Positions 18,094 to 26,389 of a stretch of 64,000 nucleotides of DNA are shown here, in pieces. Below the pieces are notes generated by a model. The model was not told the origin of the DNA. It saw nothing but the letters and a program-made list of their open reading frames with translations, and ran no database searches. The DNA is from Acidimicrobiaceae bacterium (GTDB lineage: Bacteria; Actinomycetota; Acidimicrobiia; Acidimicrobiales; Palsa-688): contig PMHH01000109.1 of NCBI GenBank assembly GCA_003156595.1, positions 7,168-71,167 of the forward strand. The letters are read 5' to 3'. A program made the position numbers and the translations under genes. Positions within the stretch are counted from its first letter, which is position 1, and every line of letters begins with the position of its first letter.

Positions 18094-20838
18094 ATGTCAG
18101 AGTTCATTCAGTTCGCGATACTCGGGCTGACCACGGGAGGGGTGTATGCCCTGCTCGCCTTGGCGGTGGTGGTGGTCCACCGGACATCAGGTGCGGTCAA
18201 CTTCGCAACCGGCGCGATGGCAGTTGCCTCGGGCTATCTGTTCCTAGAGTTCAAGACGCTAGGGCTTTCATCAGCCGTTGCTTTTGTTTGTTCCATCGCC
18301 TCCGGCATCGCCGTCGGAATGTTTATCGAAACGGTCGTTATGCGTCCGCTGCGGACGGCCAGTGCCCTAACCAAGGCGATCGCCACCCTTGGCCTACTGG
18401 TCATCATTCAATCCGGCTGCCAACTGAAGTTCGGAACGGGCACCTACGTGGTGACGGCCTTCCTCCCCGTGCACCGCTTCGTGCTCTTCGGAGCCCACCT
18501 AACGACCGACTATGTGATCATCTTCGGGCTTTCGGCCGCTCTTGCGACCTTACTAGGGCTCTTCTATCGGCGCACCCGACTAGGCCTAGCCACTTCAGCT
18601 TTGGCCGAGAACGAGGAAGCATTAGAAGGAGTCGGTTGGTCGGCCAGGATGGTGGCGCTGGTGAACTGGTCGCTGGCTGGGGCTCTGACAGCCCTAGCTG
18701 GAGTCCTGACGGCGCCGATCACCGGCCTACAACTCGGATTCATGACGAGCCTGCTGGTGGCGGCACTAGCCGCCGCACTCTTTGGCGGCTTGTCATCCTT
18801 CCCGCTGACGTTCGTAGGAGCTGTCGGGATAGGCATTATCCAATCGGAGCTGACTTACTACGCATACGAGCCTGTCATCCGATCGCTGCCAGGGCTCGCC
18901 GATGCCGTCCCCGTCCTCATTATCATTCTCATCCTCGCGGTTAGAGGCCGAGCGTTGCCATCGCGGGGATTCGTGGGGTCGACCCTGCCCAAGCTGGGCA
19001 CCGGACGAGTCCACTGGCCTGTTCTCGTTGCCGTAGTAGGTCTGACCGCCTTGTGTATCGAGGTGATTCTCCCGGTCCGCTGGGTGATCCCGATGACCAC
19101 CTCGATGATCGCTGGTTGCATCCTGCTGTCGCTCATAGTTCTCATTGGCTACGCCGGCCAACTCTCCCTGATGCAAGCCTCGATCGGTAGCTTTTGCGCG
19201 CTACTGGCAGCCAGGCTGGTCGAAGGTGCTGGCTGGCCACTGCCCCTGGCGTGTCTTGTCGGAGTTGCTGCCGCGATTCCTGTGGGCCTGGTGGTGGGCC
19301 TGCCGGCGGTTCGGACCAGGGGGGTCACCCTTGCCGTTGTCACTCTAGGGCTCGCCGAAGCGCTCAATTCTCTACTTTTCACGACGCAATCGTTTGCTGG
19401 CGGAGATACCGGGATTAGCGTCGGCTCAGCCCACCTCTTTGGCTTCGACGTATCCGAAACCGATTACCCACGCCGCTATTCGATGGTCGCGCTCGTCCTG
19501 TTCGTGGCGCTGGGGGTGGCAGTGGTGAACCTCCGGCGCTCAGCTATTGGCCGAAAGCTCATCGCGGTCCGAAGCAACGAGCGCGCCGCGGCATCCCTGG
19601 GATTGAACGTACCGAGGACCAAGCTCTATGCGTTCGTGTTGTCTGGGGGCATAGCCGCGGTGGCTGGCATGCTCGTCGCCTTCCGTTACAGCAGCGCCGT
19701 CCTGGACAATGTAGATCCTCTGCAGTCGATCAATTATGTGGTCGAAGCGGTCGTTGGTGGAGTCGGGTATGTCTTCGGTGGGGTAGCCGGTACCGGGTTA
19801 GAGCCAGCTGGAGTGGTCAATACGGCCGTCAACGGGATTGGGCTCGGCAACTGGTTGACCTTCATCGGCGGGATCCTGCTGGTGGTCACAGTCATCTTGA
19901 ATCCCGATGGAATAGTCGGCGGGATCCTGCTGCAGCTCGCCTGGATCCGGCGCCGGCTCGGAATCAAAGCTCGCCAGCAGCAGGGCACTCTCGTGACGAT
20001 CAACCAGGCAGTGGATTCGGGCGGTCGCCGGTCGAGCCCGCTCCTCTTATCCGTGGATGACGTCTCCGTCAGGTTTGGTTCGGTGACCGCCGTATCGTCC
20101 GTGTCGTTTTCGCTAGCGAGCGGACAGGTGTTAGGCATCATCGGCCCAAATGGCGCCGGTAAGACTACGCTGATCGACGCCATCAGCGGATACGCAGCCT
20201 CCGAAGGCACCATATCCATAGACGGGCGCTCGGTCGACTCTCTTACAGCCGACAAGCGAAACAGGGCGGGCATAACTCGTTCCTTTCAGTCGCTCGAGCT
20301 CTTCGAGGACCTGACCGTCGGCGAGAACCTGCTGGTAGCGTCTGAGCGTCGCAGCTTGAAATATTGGCTCACCTGTCTAGCTCGGCCCGGTAAGCCTCAA
20401 CTGGCAGGGGCGGCCGCGGCCGCCGTGACGGAGTTTCATTTGGAGAATGGACTCCAGAGCTTCCCGAATCAGCTTTCTTACGCTCAGAGGCGCTTACTTG
20501 CGATCGCCAGAGCGGTAGCGACCGAGCCTCGGCTTCTAATGCTCGACGAGCCTGCTGCGGGCCTCGGCGACAAGGATCGTCAAGAGTTGAAGCAGCTGAT
20601 TCGCACGCTCGCAGACAAGTGGGACATCGCCGTGCTCCTCATCGAGCATGACGTCGACTTGGTGATGTCCGTCTCAGATCAGATGCTCGCTCTTGATTTT
20701 GGAGAGATAATCGCCCACGGCACACCAGACGAAATCCGGGCCAACCCCGACGTCATCCGGTCCTACCTTGGCGAAGAAGACGTTCCGGCCGGCGCAGAGG
20801 TTCCTTCCGGCGCCCAACCTCCGAGCGAAACAGCATGA
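18094..20838 (+). CDS. Triple fusion: LivH-like permease + LivM-like permease + LivG-like ATPase
   Basis: The N-terminus is FAILGLTTGGVYALLALAVVVVH. The middle is GYAGQLSLMQASIGSFCA. The C-terminus has Walker A GPNGAGKTT, signature LSYAQRR and Walker B LLMLDEPAAGL, all in one 914-aa frame. Confidence 0.9.
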   Translation: MSEFIQFAILGLTTGGVYALLALAVVVVHRTSGAVNFATGAMAVASGYLFLEFKTLGLSSAVAFVCSIASGIAVGMFIETVVMRPLRTASALTKAIATLGLLVIIQSGCQLKFGTGTYVVTAFLPVHRFVLFGAHLTTDYVIIFGLSAALATLLGLFYRRTRLGLATSALAENEEALEGVGWSARMVALVNWSLAGALTALAGVLTAPITGLQLGFMTSLLVAALAAALFGGLSSFPLTFVGAVGIGIIQSELTYYAYEPVIRSLPGLADAVPVLIIILILAVRGRALPSRGFVGSTLPKLGTGRVHWPVLVAVVGLTALCIEVILPVRWVIPMTTSMIAGCILLSLIVLIGYAGQLSLMQASIGSFCALLAARLVEGAGWPLPLACLVGVAAAIPVGLVVGLPAVRTRGVTLAVVTLGLAEALNSLLFTTQSFAGGDTGISVGSAHLFGFDVSETDYPRRYSMVALVLFVALGVAVVNLRRSAIGRKLIAVRSNERAAASLGLNVPRTKLYAFVLSGGIAAVAGMLVAFRYSSAVLDNVDPLQSINYVVEAVVGGVGYVFGGVAGTGLEPAGVVNTAVNGIGLGNWLTFIGGILLVVTVILNPDGIVGGILLQLAWIRRRLGIKARQQQGTLVTINQAVDSGGRRSSPLLLSVDDVSVRFGSVTAVSSVSFSLASGQVLGIIGPNGAGKTTLIDAISGYAASEGTISIDGRSVDSLTADKRNRAGITRSFQSLELFEDLTVGENLLVASERRSLKYWLTCLARPGKPQLAGAAAAAVTEFHLENGLQSFPNQLSYAQRRLLAIARAVATEPRLLMLDEPAAGLGDKDRQELKQLIRTLADKWDIAVLLIEHDVDLVMSVSDQMLALDFGEIIAHGTPDEIRANPDVIRSYLGEEDVPAGAEVPSGAQPPSETA

Positions 20839-21515
20839 CTACGGTGGCCGTCCGGGCGAGCGGCGTGGCAGCTGGATATCACGGGGTGCCGGCGGTGAGC
20901 GACATTGACCTCGAAGTTCGCCAAGGCGAAGTGGTCGCCCTTCTCGGCGCCAACGGTGCTGGCAAGACGACGGTCATTCGAGCGCTCTCCGGAACCTTGC
21001 CACTCCTTCGCGGGACCGTCGCCGTGAGCGGGAAGACGAATCCGGGCCCGCTCTTTAGGCGGGTTCGGAATGGCTTGGGCGTACTGACGGAGAAGCGCTG
21101 TGTGTTTATGAGCCTTACCTGCGAAGAGAACCTGCGGCTGGGTCGGGGGTCGGTCAAGGAAGCGCTCTCCTTTTTTCCTGAACTCGAATCAAAGCTCCGT
21201 CTAAAGGCCGGTCTTGCTTCGGGTGGGGAGCAGCAGATGTTGGCCCTGGCCAGGATCCTGGCCGCTAAGCCGGAAGTGCTGCTTGCAGACGAACTCTCGC
21301 TAGGGCTGGCTCCCCTGATAGTGCGTCGATTGCTCGAAGCGATAACGGAAGCAGCCAAGCAAGGCGCGGCCGTGCTCATCGTGGAACAGCACTCGCGATT
21401 AGCCTTGCGGGCTGCCGACCGGGGCTACGTCCTTCGGCGCGGTCGGATCGAGCTATCTGGCACGGCTGAAGAACTGCGGAGTCGCGAGCAGGATTTGGCG
21501 GCGTTGTATCTGTAG
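20835..21515 (+). CDS. LivF-like ABC ATPase
   Basis: The motifs are GANGAGKTT, SGGEQQML and LLADELSLGLAP. An ATGA overlap links it to the fused gene. Confidence 0.9.
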   Translation: MTTVAVRASGVAAGYHGVPAVSDIDLEVRQGEVVALLGANGAGKTTVIRALSGTLPLLRGTVAVSGKTNPGPLFRRVRNGLGVLTEKRCVFMSLTCEENLRLGRGSVKEALSFFPELESKLRLKAGLASGGEQQMLALARILAAKPEVLLADELSLGLAPLIVRRLLEAITEAAKQGAAVLIVEQHSRLALRAADRGYVLRRGRIELSGTAEELRSREQDLAALYL

Positions 21516-21550
21516 TTAATCGGCGTCGTGGTGCCAGCAACATCCGCTAG

Positions 21551-21580
21551 GGATGCCTCAGCTCTCCTCCGGGAAGAGGT
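21551..21580. repeat. Left copy of a 30-bp direct repeat (28/30 identical to 23200-23229)
   Basis: ggatgcctcagctctcctccgggaagaggt versus ggaagcctcaggtctcctccgggaagaggt. On the minus strand this copy reads LFPEES-stop. Confidence 0.85.
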
Positions 21581-21672
21581 CAGCCATTGCGCATCCGTTC
21601 TCTCTCCCACGATTACTGTTGCAGATTGCTACAATAGTCCTACCGACAGCCACACCATTCGGAGGTTCTCCC

Positions 21673-22059
21673 ATGGCTACGACGTCTCCTGCCCGCATCG
21701 ATGATGACCTTTATGCATCGGCGAAGCTCGCCGGCGGCATCCAGAGCCGCAGTGCTTCGCAGCAGGTCGTCCACTGGGCGCGGATCGGTCGGGAGATCGA
21801 GGCTTCGGCCAGCACTTCCTATAAAGACATTGGCGAGGTTCTGGCCGGCAGCCGGTCTTACGACCTGCTGAGCACGAAGGAGCAGGCCGTCGTGCGGGCG
21901 GAGTGGTCGACTCGGATGGACACCCTCCGTGAGGCGCTCAACCTTGCTGAAGAGTTCTCCGCTGGCGGCCGCAAGTGGGTCGAGCTCGACGATGACGGCA
22001 CTGTCGTGGAGCGGGTTAAGGCATCCGGCCGGAGATCGGGGACCCGCGCCGCCGGCTGA
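21673..22059 (+). CDS. ParD-like type II antitoxin
   Basis: An ATG at 21673 follows GGAGG. The N-terminus is RIDDDLYASAKLAGGIQSRSASQQVVHWARIGREIE. Its stop overlaps the start of the zeta-like toxin gene. Confidence 0.65.
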   Translation: MATTSPARIDDDLYASAKLAGGIQSRSASQQVVHWARIGREIEASASTSYKDIGEVLAGSRSYDLLSTKEQAVVRAEWSTRMDTLREALNLAEEFSAGGRKWVELDDDGTVVERVKASGRRSGTRAAG

Positions 22060-22640
22060 TGTCCGACCCAATCCTTCATCTCGTCGCAGGACCGAACGGA
22101 GCGGGAAAGTCCACTCTGTACGCCAGAGTCATTGGCCCGGCGAGCGTGCTCGAGTTCGTCAACGCCGATGTCATATCCGCACAGCGATGGCCCGACGACC
22201 CCGTCGGCAAGTCCTACGAGGCCGCTGTGGTTGCCGCCGAGCGCCGGATGAAGCTGATCGAGAACGGGATGTCTTTCGTCACCGAGACGGTGTTCTCCCA
22301 CGAGTCCAAACTCGAGCTGGTGCACGCGGCCCTCGACGCCGGATACATCGTCACGCTGCATGTGGTGATCGTCCCGGAGGCGCTCGCCGTGGCCCGGGTC
22401 GCGAACCGGGTGGAGACCGGCGGTCACGCAGTCCCTGACGACAAGATCCGGGAACGGTACAAGCGGCTATGGCCCTTGGTGGCCTCAGCGATCAGTCTCG
22501 TCGACGGCACCACCGTCTACGACAACAGCCGGGCCCGAACGCCGTTCCAGATAGTGGCCAGCTTCGATCGCGGCTATGTCGTCGGCAAAGCGAACTGGCC
22601 CGCGTGGACACCCGACGTTCTTCGAAACGCGGGACATTGA
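22059..22640 (+). CDS. Zeta-toxin-family P-loop kinase (toxin partner)
   Basis: The Walker A motif is LVAGPNGAGKSTL. It has the size and layout of a zeta/AAA kinase and is translationally coupled to the ParD-like gene. Confidence 0.75.
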   Translation: MSDPILHLVAGPNGAGKSTLYARVIGPASVLEFVNADVISAQRWPDDPVGKSYEAAVVAAERRMKLIENGMSFVTETVFSHESKLELVHAALDAGYIVTLHVVIVPEALAVARVANRVETGGHAVPDDKIRERYKRLWPLVASAISLVDGTTVYDNSRARTPFQIVASFDRGYVVGKANWPAWTPDVLRNAGH

Positions 22641-22910
22641 CGCCAAGCAGATCGTCGAGCTACGGCTGCTCATCCCCGCGATGGGCCTACTCGGTCGAAA
22701 TCTCGCGGTCAACCAACTCGCCACCGAGGCGGTCGCCGCTGCCGCCTACCTGGAGACGTCGATCGAAGTGGAGATCGACACTCCACAGGTGCGACACGCG
22801 GCGGCCTCGGAGCACGTCGACTACCACGTGATCTGACCGCAGGGCTTCCAGCGAGACGGCCCCAGCCATCACCGTCTTCGACGGCGAGCTGGTCCTGCCC
22901 TAAGTCGAGA

Positions 22911-23162
22911 TCAAATCGGGATGTCGAGCATGATCGCAATCGTCTCGCGGATTCCCGCGAGCTTCGCGGCCCCGACGTTTCCGCGGGCTGTGACGATCCG
23001 ACCAGTCGATACCCCCCGAAGATGCTGGCACTGAGCGGCAGACCGGACAGTGAGGCCGTTGTGGTCGTCGGGCTCGATAGGCAGTTCCGAGTGGAACTCT
23101 CGGACGGTCGAGGTTAGGGGCACGACGTAGACCACGGACGGTTCGACGCTGAGGATCCGCAA
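22911..23162 (-). pseudogene. N-terminally degenerate MazF/PemK-family toxin remnant
   Basis: It retains the core VVYVVPLTS...NGLTVRSAAQCQHLRGVSTGRIV. The frame stays open up to 23318 (..RHPAVLVSA..) but has no ATG/GTG/TTG, lacks the RGE/D-W strand, and overlaps the neighbouring gene. No antitoxin gene lies upstream. Confidence 0.55.
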
Positions 23163-23199
23163 GGCAGATACGAGGACCGCGGGGTGACGAAAGCCGGCT

Positions 23200-23229
23200 G
23201 GAAGCCTCAGGTCTCCTCCGGGAAGAGGT
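23200..23229. repeat. Right copy of the 30-bp direct repeat; it contains the last codons and stop of gene 23207..23914
   Basis: The minus strand reads YLFPEET-stop. See 21551-21580. Confidence 0.85.
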
Positions 23230-23914
23230 ACTCGACCGTCCAGGACACCGGTGACGCTCCGTCCATAAAGCGATCGCAGCTCTCCGACATGGCCGCCATG
23301 TGCCGCGCCAAACGCGAGTCATCGCCGACGGCGTCGAAGAACACGTGCAGGTCCGATGCAGCCGTCAACGGAAAGCACTCCTCCACCACGGCCACGTAAG
23401 GGGGTGCCCCAAGGGTGACGGCTCGGAAGATGACGTTCTGGACGTAGCGGAAGCTCGACTGGGTGGCTAGCGCCACGGCCGTGTGGGCCCCCTGCCACCG
23501 CCGGCGCCACTCGCCCCAATTGAGCCCCTCCGGACGGGTCAGCAACACCATCTGGGCGAACCCGGGGACCCGCCTGTCGGGACCGGGTAGCACCGTGGTG
23601 TTGCGCAGTGGCTCGGACTCGCTCACCAGGTATCCCCACCAGGCCCTGTCGAACCCCGGGTCGGGGAGCACGCCGCGGAAGTCATACCCCTCGGCGGTGT
23701 CCACCCACATCGACACCACCGCAATCAGGTTGGCCGCGCCGGGGTCGGGGGCGACGCCGAACGGGGGCCCGAGATCGGGGTCGACGATATTGATCTGGAT
23801 CCGAAGGGCACCGCGTTTCCGCAAGGAGTCGGCCGTTTCGGTGATCAACACCTGTCCTAACGACGAATCGCCGGCGTTCGGTTCGCCGACGAGTATGTAA
23901 ATGAGTTTCTCCAC
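23207..23914 (-). CDS. Hypothetical protein, possibly a tandem EthD-like (dimeric alpha/beta barrel) protein
   Basis: The second half (FAQMVLLTRPEGLNWGEWRRRWQGAHTAV...RYVQNV) resembles the EthD pattern also seen in 43513..44286. This is a weak, by-eye call. Confidence 0.35.
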   Translation of the reverse strand: MEKLIYILVGEPNAGDSSLGQVLITETADSLRKRGALRIQINIVDPDLGPPFGVAPDPGAANLIAVVSMWVDTAEGYDFRGVLPDPGFDRAWWGYLVSESEPLRNTTVLPGPDRRVPGFAQMVLLTRPEGLNWGEWRRRWQGAHTAVALATQSSFRYVQNVIFRAVTLGAPPYVAVVEECFPLTAASDLHVFFDAVGDDSRLARHMAAMSESCDRFMDGASPVSWTVEYLFPEET

Positions 23915-24002
23915 CCTGCAGACGGTAGAGGATCACGAGGGGCCGGAGTCCCGCCTAGCGGCATGCGGGCACGGGCATCGGGCCGACAGGCCTGGTTGTC
24001 TG

Positions 24003-24875
24003 ATGTCCATGACCGAAGTAGCGAAAACATTGGCCGGCCGGGTGGCAGTCGTGACCGGGGCCACCCGCGGGATCGGCAAGGGGGTGGCTCTCGAGCTGGG
24101 GGCCGCGGGGGCCGCGGTATATGTGACGGGCCGGTCCGTTGATCCTGGCAAGCTCCCCGGGACGGTTTCGGCGACGGCCGACGAGATCGACCGGCTCGGC
24201 GGTATCGGCGTGGCGGTGGCCTGTGACCACCGCGATGACGACGCCGTGGCGGCCCTCTTCGAGCGGGTGCGATCGGAGTCGGGTCGTCTCGACGTGCTCG
24301 TCAACAACGTCTTCTCCGCTCCCGACTCGGCCCGCTGGCTGGGCCGTCCCTTCTGGAAGGTCCCGGTCGAGGCCTGGGACCAGGCGTTCGACATCGGGGT
24401 CCGGTCCCATTACGCCGCCTCCGTGCTGGCCGCGCCCCTCTTGCTCGAATCCGACCAGGGCCTGATCGCCCAGATCTCCTCCCCCGGCGCCGTCCACTAC
24501 ATGCACAACGTCGCGTACGGCGTGGCCAAGGCCGCCCTCGACCGCTTGACCCGGGACCTGGCCCACGACCTGCGGGCCAGCAACGTCTCGGTCGTGTCGC
24601 TGTGGCCTGGGCTGGTCGACACCGAGCTCCTGCAGATGGTCCCGGCCGGCGAGGACGGCCGGCGGGTGCTCACCCTGCCTGGCGAGGGTGAGTTCGACCT
24701 CGACGCAGCCGAAACCCCCCGCTTCACCGGTCGGGCGGTGGTCGCTCTGGCCTCTGACCCGGCCGCCAAGAGCCGCAGCGGGCAGGCCTTCACCGTCGCC
24801 GATTTGGCCGACGCCTACGGCTTCACAGATGTGGACGGCCGGGTCCCCCGCACTCCCCTGCCGCACCAGGACTGA
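24003..24875 (+). CDS. Short-chain dehydrogenase/reductase
   Basis: The motifs are RVAVVTGATRGIGKG, NNVF and YGVAK. The ATG at 24003 is preferred over the track start at 23901. Confidence 0.85.
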   Translation: MSMTEVAKTLAGRVAVVTGATRGIGKGVALELGAAGAAVYVTGRSVDPGKLPGTVSATADEIDRLGGIGVAVACDHRDDDAVAALFERVRSESGRLDVLVNNVFSAPDSARWLGRPFWKVPVEAWDQAFDIGVRSHYAASVLAAPLLLESDQGLIAQISSPGAVHYMHNVAYGVAKAALDRLTRDLAHDLRASNVSVVSLWPGLVDTELLQMVPAGEDGRRVLTLPGEGEFDLDAAETPRFTGRAVVALASDPAAKSRSGQAFTVADLADAYGFTDVDGRVPRTPLPHQD

Positions 24876-24915
24876 GCCCCCCTTCGCCTCACCTACACTG
24901 GCTTGCAATGTATAC

Positions 24916-25335
24916 ATGAGCGAAGTCGTATCAGTTCGGCTGTCGGACCAGGTCGCCCGACGCCTGAGGGAGCGCGCCGCCGACGGCGACGAGGCCGTGT
25001 CCGGTCTCGCTCAACGACTGGTTGACGAAGGCCTGCGCATGGAGCGTCAAGGACTACCTGCCCCTCGATACGCAGTCGCACGCTCAGGCCGAGGCGCACT
25101 GGGGTTTGGACTCACGACCAACCAATCGTTCCCACGCCATCACGACCGCTTCATCGGCGCCTTGACCCGAGCCTTTCGCACTCTTCTCGCCGCGCATCCT
25201 GAGGCGACGGCGGTCAGTGCCATCTATTGGCCCGACGGCTGGGGCAACCTGGAGACGCACGGTGACGTGTCCACCCGGGAGCTGGTCCAACGTCTCGACA
25301 TCGAGGAGCACGCCGGCAGGCACGGCCCGTGGTAG
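24916..25335 (+). CDS. Ribbon-helix-helix (CopG-like) domain protein with a ~95-aa C-terminal region of unknown function; putative antitoxin
   Basis: The N-terminus VVSVRLSDQVARRLRERAADGDEAVSGLAQRLVDEGL has an RHH pattern. Its 3' end overlaps the MazF-like ORF by 7 nt. Confidence 0.5.
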   Translation: MSEVVSVRLSDQVARRLRERAADGDEAVSGLAQRLVDEGLRMERQGLPAPRYAVARSGRGALGFGLTTNQSFPRHHDRFIGALTRAFRTLLAAHPEATAVSAIYWPDGWGNLETHGDVSTRELVQRLDIEEHAGRHGPW

Positions 25336-25520
25336 GGCGAGGGGAGGTGTGGTGGGAGGTACGGCTCGGACCCGAGGACGGGATGCCAGCCGACTGCGTG
25401 CTGGCGCTGGACAATCTGTCGTTGATTCGCCCCAGCCTCTGCACGGAGCGGATCACCCGGTTGGCGCCGGCCAAGCTGACACACGTCTGCGTGGCGCTAG
25501 GTCACGCCACGGGCTGTTGA
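25329..25520 (+). pseudogene. MazF/PemK-like ORF with an in-frame internal deletion (63 aa)
   Basis: It keeps the N-terminal GRGEVWW and the C-terminal DGMPADCVLALDNLSLIRPSLCTERITRLAP. The ~50-aa central segment (RP-V-V-S ... V-P-T-S) found in full-length MazF is missing. Confidence 0.5.
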
Positions 25521-25552
25521 TAGGGGTCGGAAAAGGATGGGCTGGTCGCGAC

Positions 25553-25858
25553 TCAGGTGTACTGGTTGCCCACAATCTCGGTGACCGGAATCGTCACGTC
25601 GGGGAAAGCGGCGACCGAGACCTCATTGCCCCGTCCCCGGGTGGTGTGCCGCTGGTAGCCGGTGCCGGATGGTCCCTGATGCACTTCGACAACACCGGCC
25701 GACACATCGACCAGCCACGCCCCGGCGATATCGGCCCGGGCGTAGGCGGGGAGTTTTTCGCTGCGGTCAGTCGCCGCGCTCATGTCGGCAACCTCGATGC
25801 ACGGCCGCCGGCGCAGTTCGATCGTCACCCTGCGATAGTAGGCGGCTGTCTTATTACA
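25553..25858 (-). pseudogene. C-terminal fragment of a Uma2-family (DUF820) endonuclease
   Basis: IEVADMSAATDRSEKLPAYARADIAGAWLVDVSAGVVEVHQ...RGNEVSVAAFPDVTIPVTEI fits the Uma2 C-terminal half. The N-terminal half is absent, and the upstream DNA is occupied by a plus-strand gene. Confidence 0.55.
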
Positions 25859-25880
25859 GTGCCGAGCTAGAGGAGGAACC

Positions 25881-26351
25881 ATGCGCAAATGGCTGGCCCT
25901 GCCTGTCGCTGTCGGGATCGTCGTAATACCACTAGTCGCCTTCGCCAGTGGCTCAGCGACGAGCCCGCTGAGCAATCAGGAACTGGCCTGGGACACCTCT
26001 CAGATCTCTACCTCGAGTACATCCTGGGCATCGATTCCGGCGTTGGGCGGCCTGGTTGGCGGCTGCAACGTGGACGGGATAAGCGTCGCGGTGACGCTGA
26101 ACGTGACGGGGAAACCGTTTGAAGTGCGGGCCACCGACGGCTCGAACATCCTCGAACCGTCGTACGCCACGTTTCGCCCGCCGGGTAGTTCCACGGTAGA
26201 GACCTTCTCCGCGACCTTCGTGGGTGGCACTGAGACGAATAACACGCCACTCACCACGCAAGTCCAGTGGCGGCTGCTGGCTAGCGGCGGCTCGGCCACG
26301 CTGCAGGGCGGCAGCGTGGTGGTGCTTCCGGGCGGAAGTCATTGCGGATAA
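25881..26351 (+). CDS. Secreted hypothetical protein
   Basis: A strong RBS (AGGAGG, 25871-25876) precedes it. The signal peptide is MRKWLALPVAVGIVVIPLVAFASG. I recognise no motif. Confidence 0.6.
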   Translation: MRKWLALPVAVGIVVIPLVAFASGSATSPLSNQELAWDTSQISTSSTSWASIPALGGLVGGCNVDGISVAVTLNVTGKPFEVRATDGSNILEPSYATFRPPGSSTVETFSATFVGGTETNNTPLTTQVQWRLLASGGSATLQGGSVVVLPGGSHCG

Positions 26352-26389
26352 CGGCCAGGAGCGGTCGCAGCCATTAGATTGATCGATCC

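Noticed and set aside
22576-22836. A small plus-strand ORF (86 aa; or 51 aa from ATG 22681) between the zeta toxin and the MazF relic.
   Set aside because: It overlaps the toxin's 3' end, has no RBS, and contains no motif I can recognise. It is kept only as part of the unassigned ~270 bp inside the repeat-flanked cassette.
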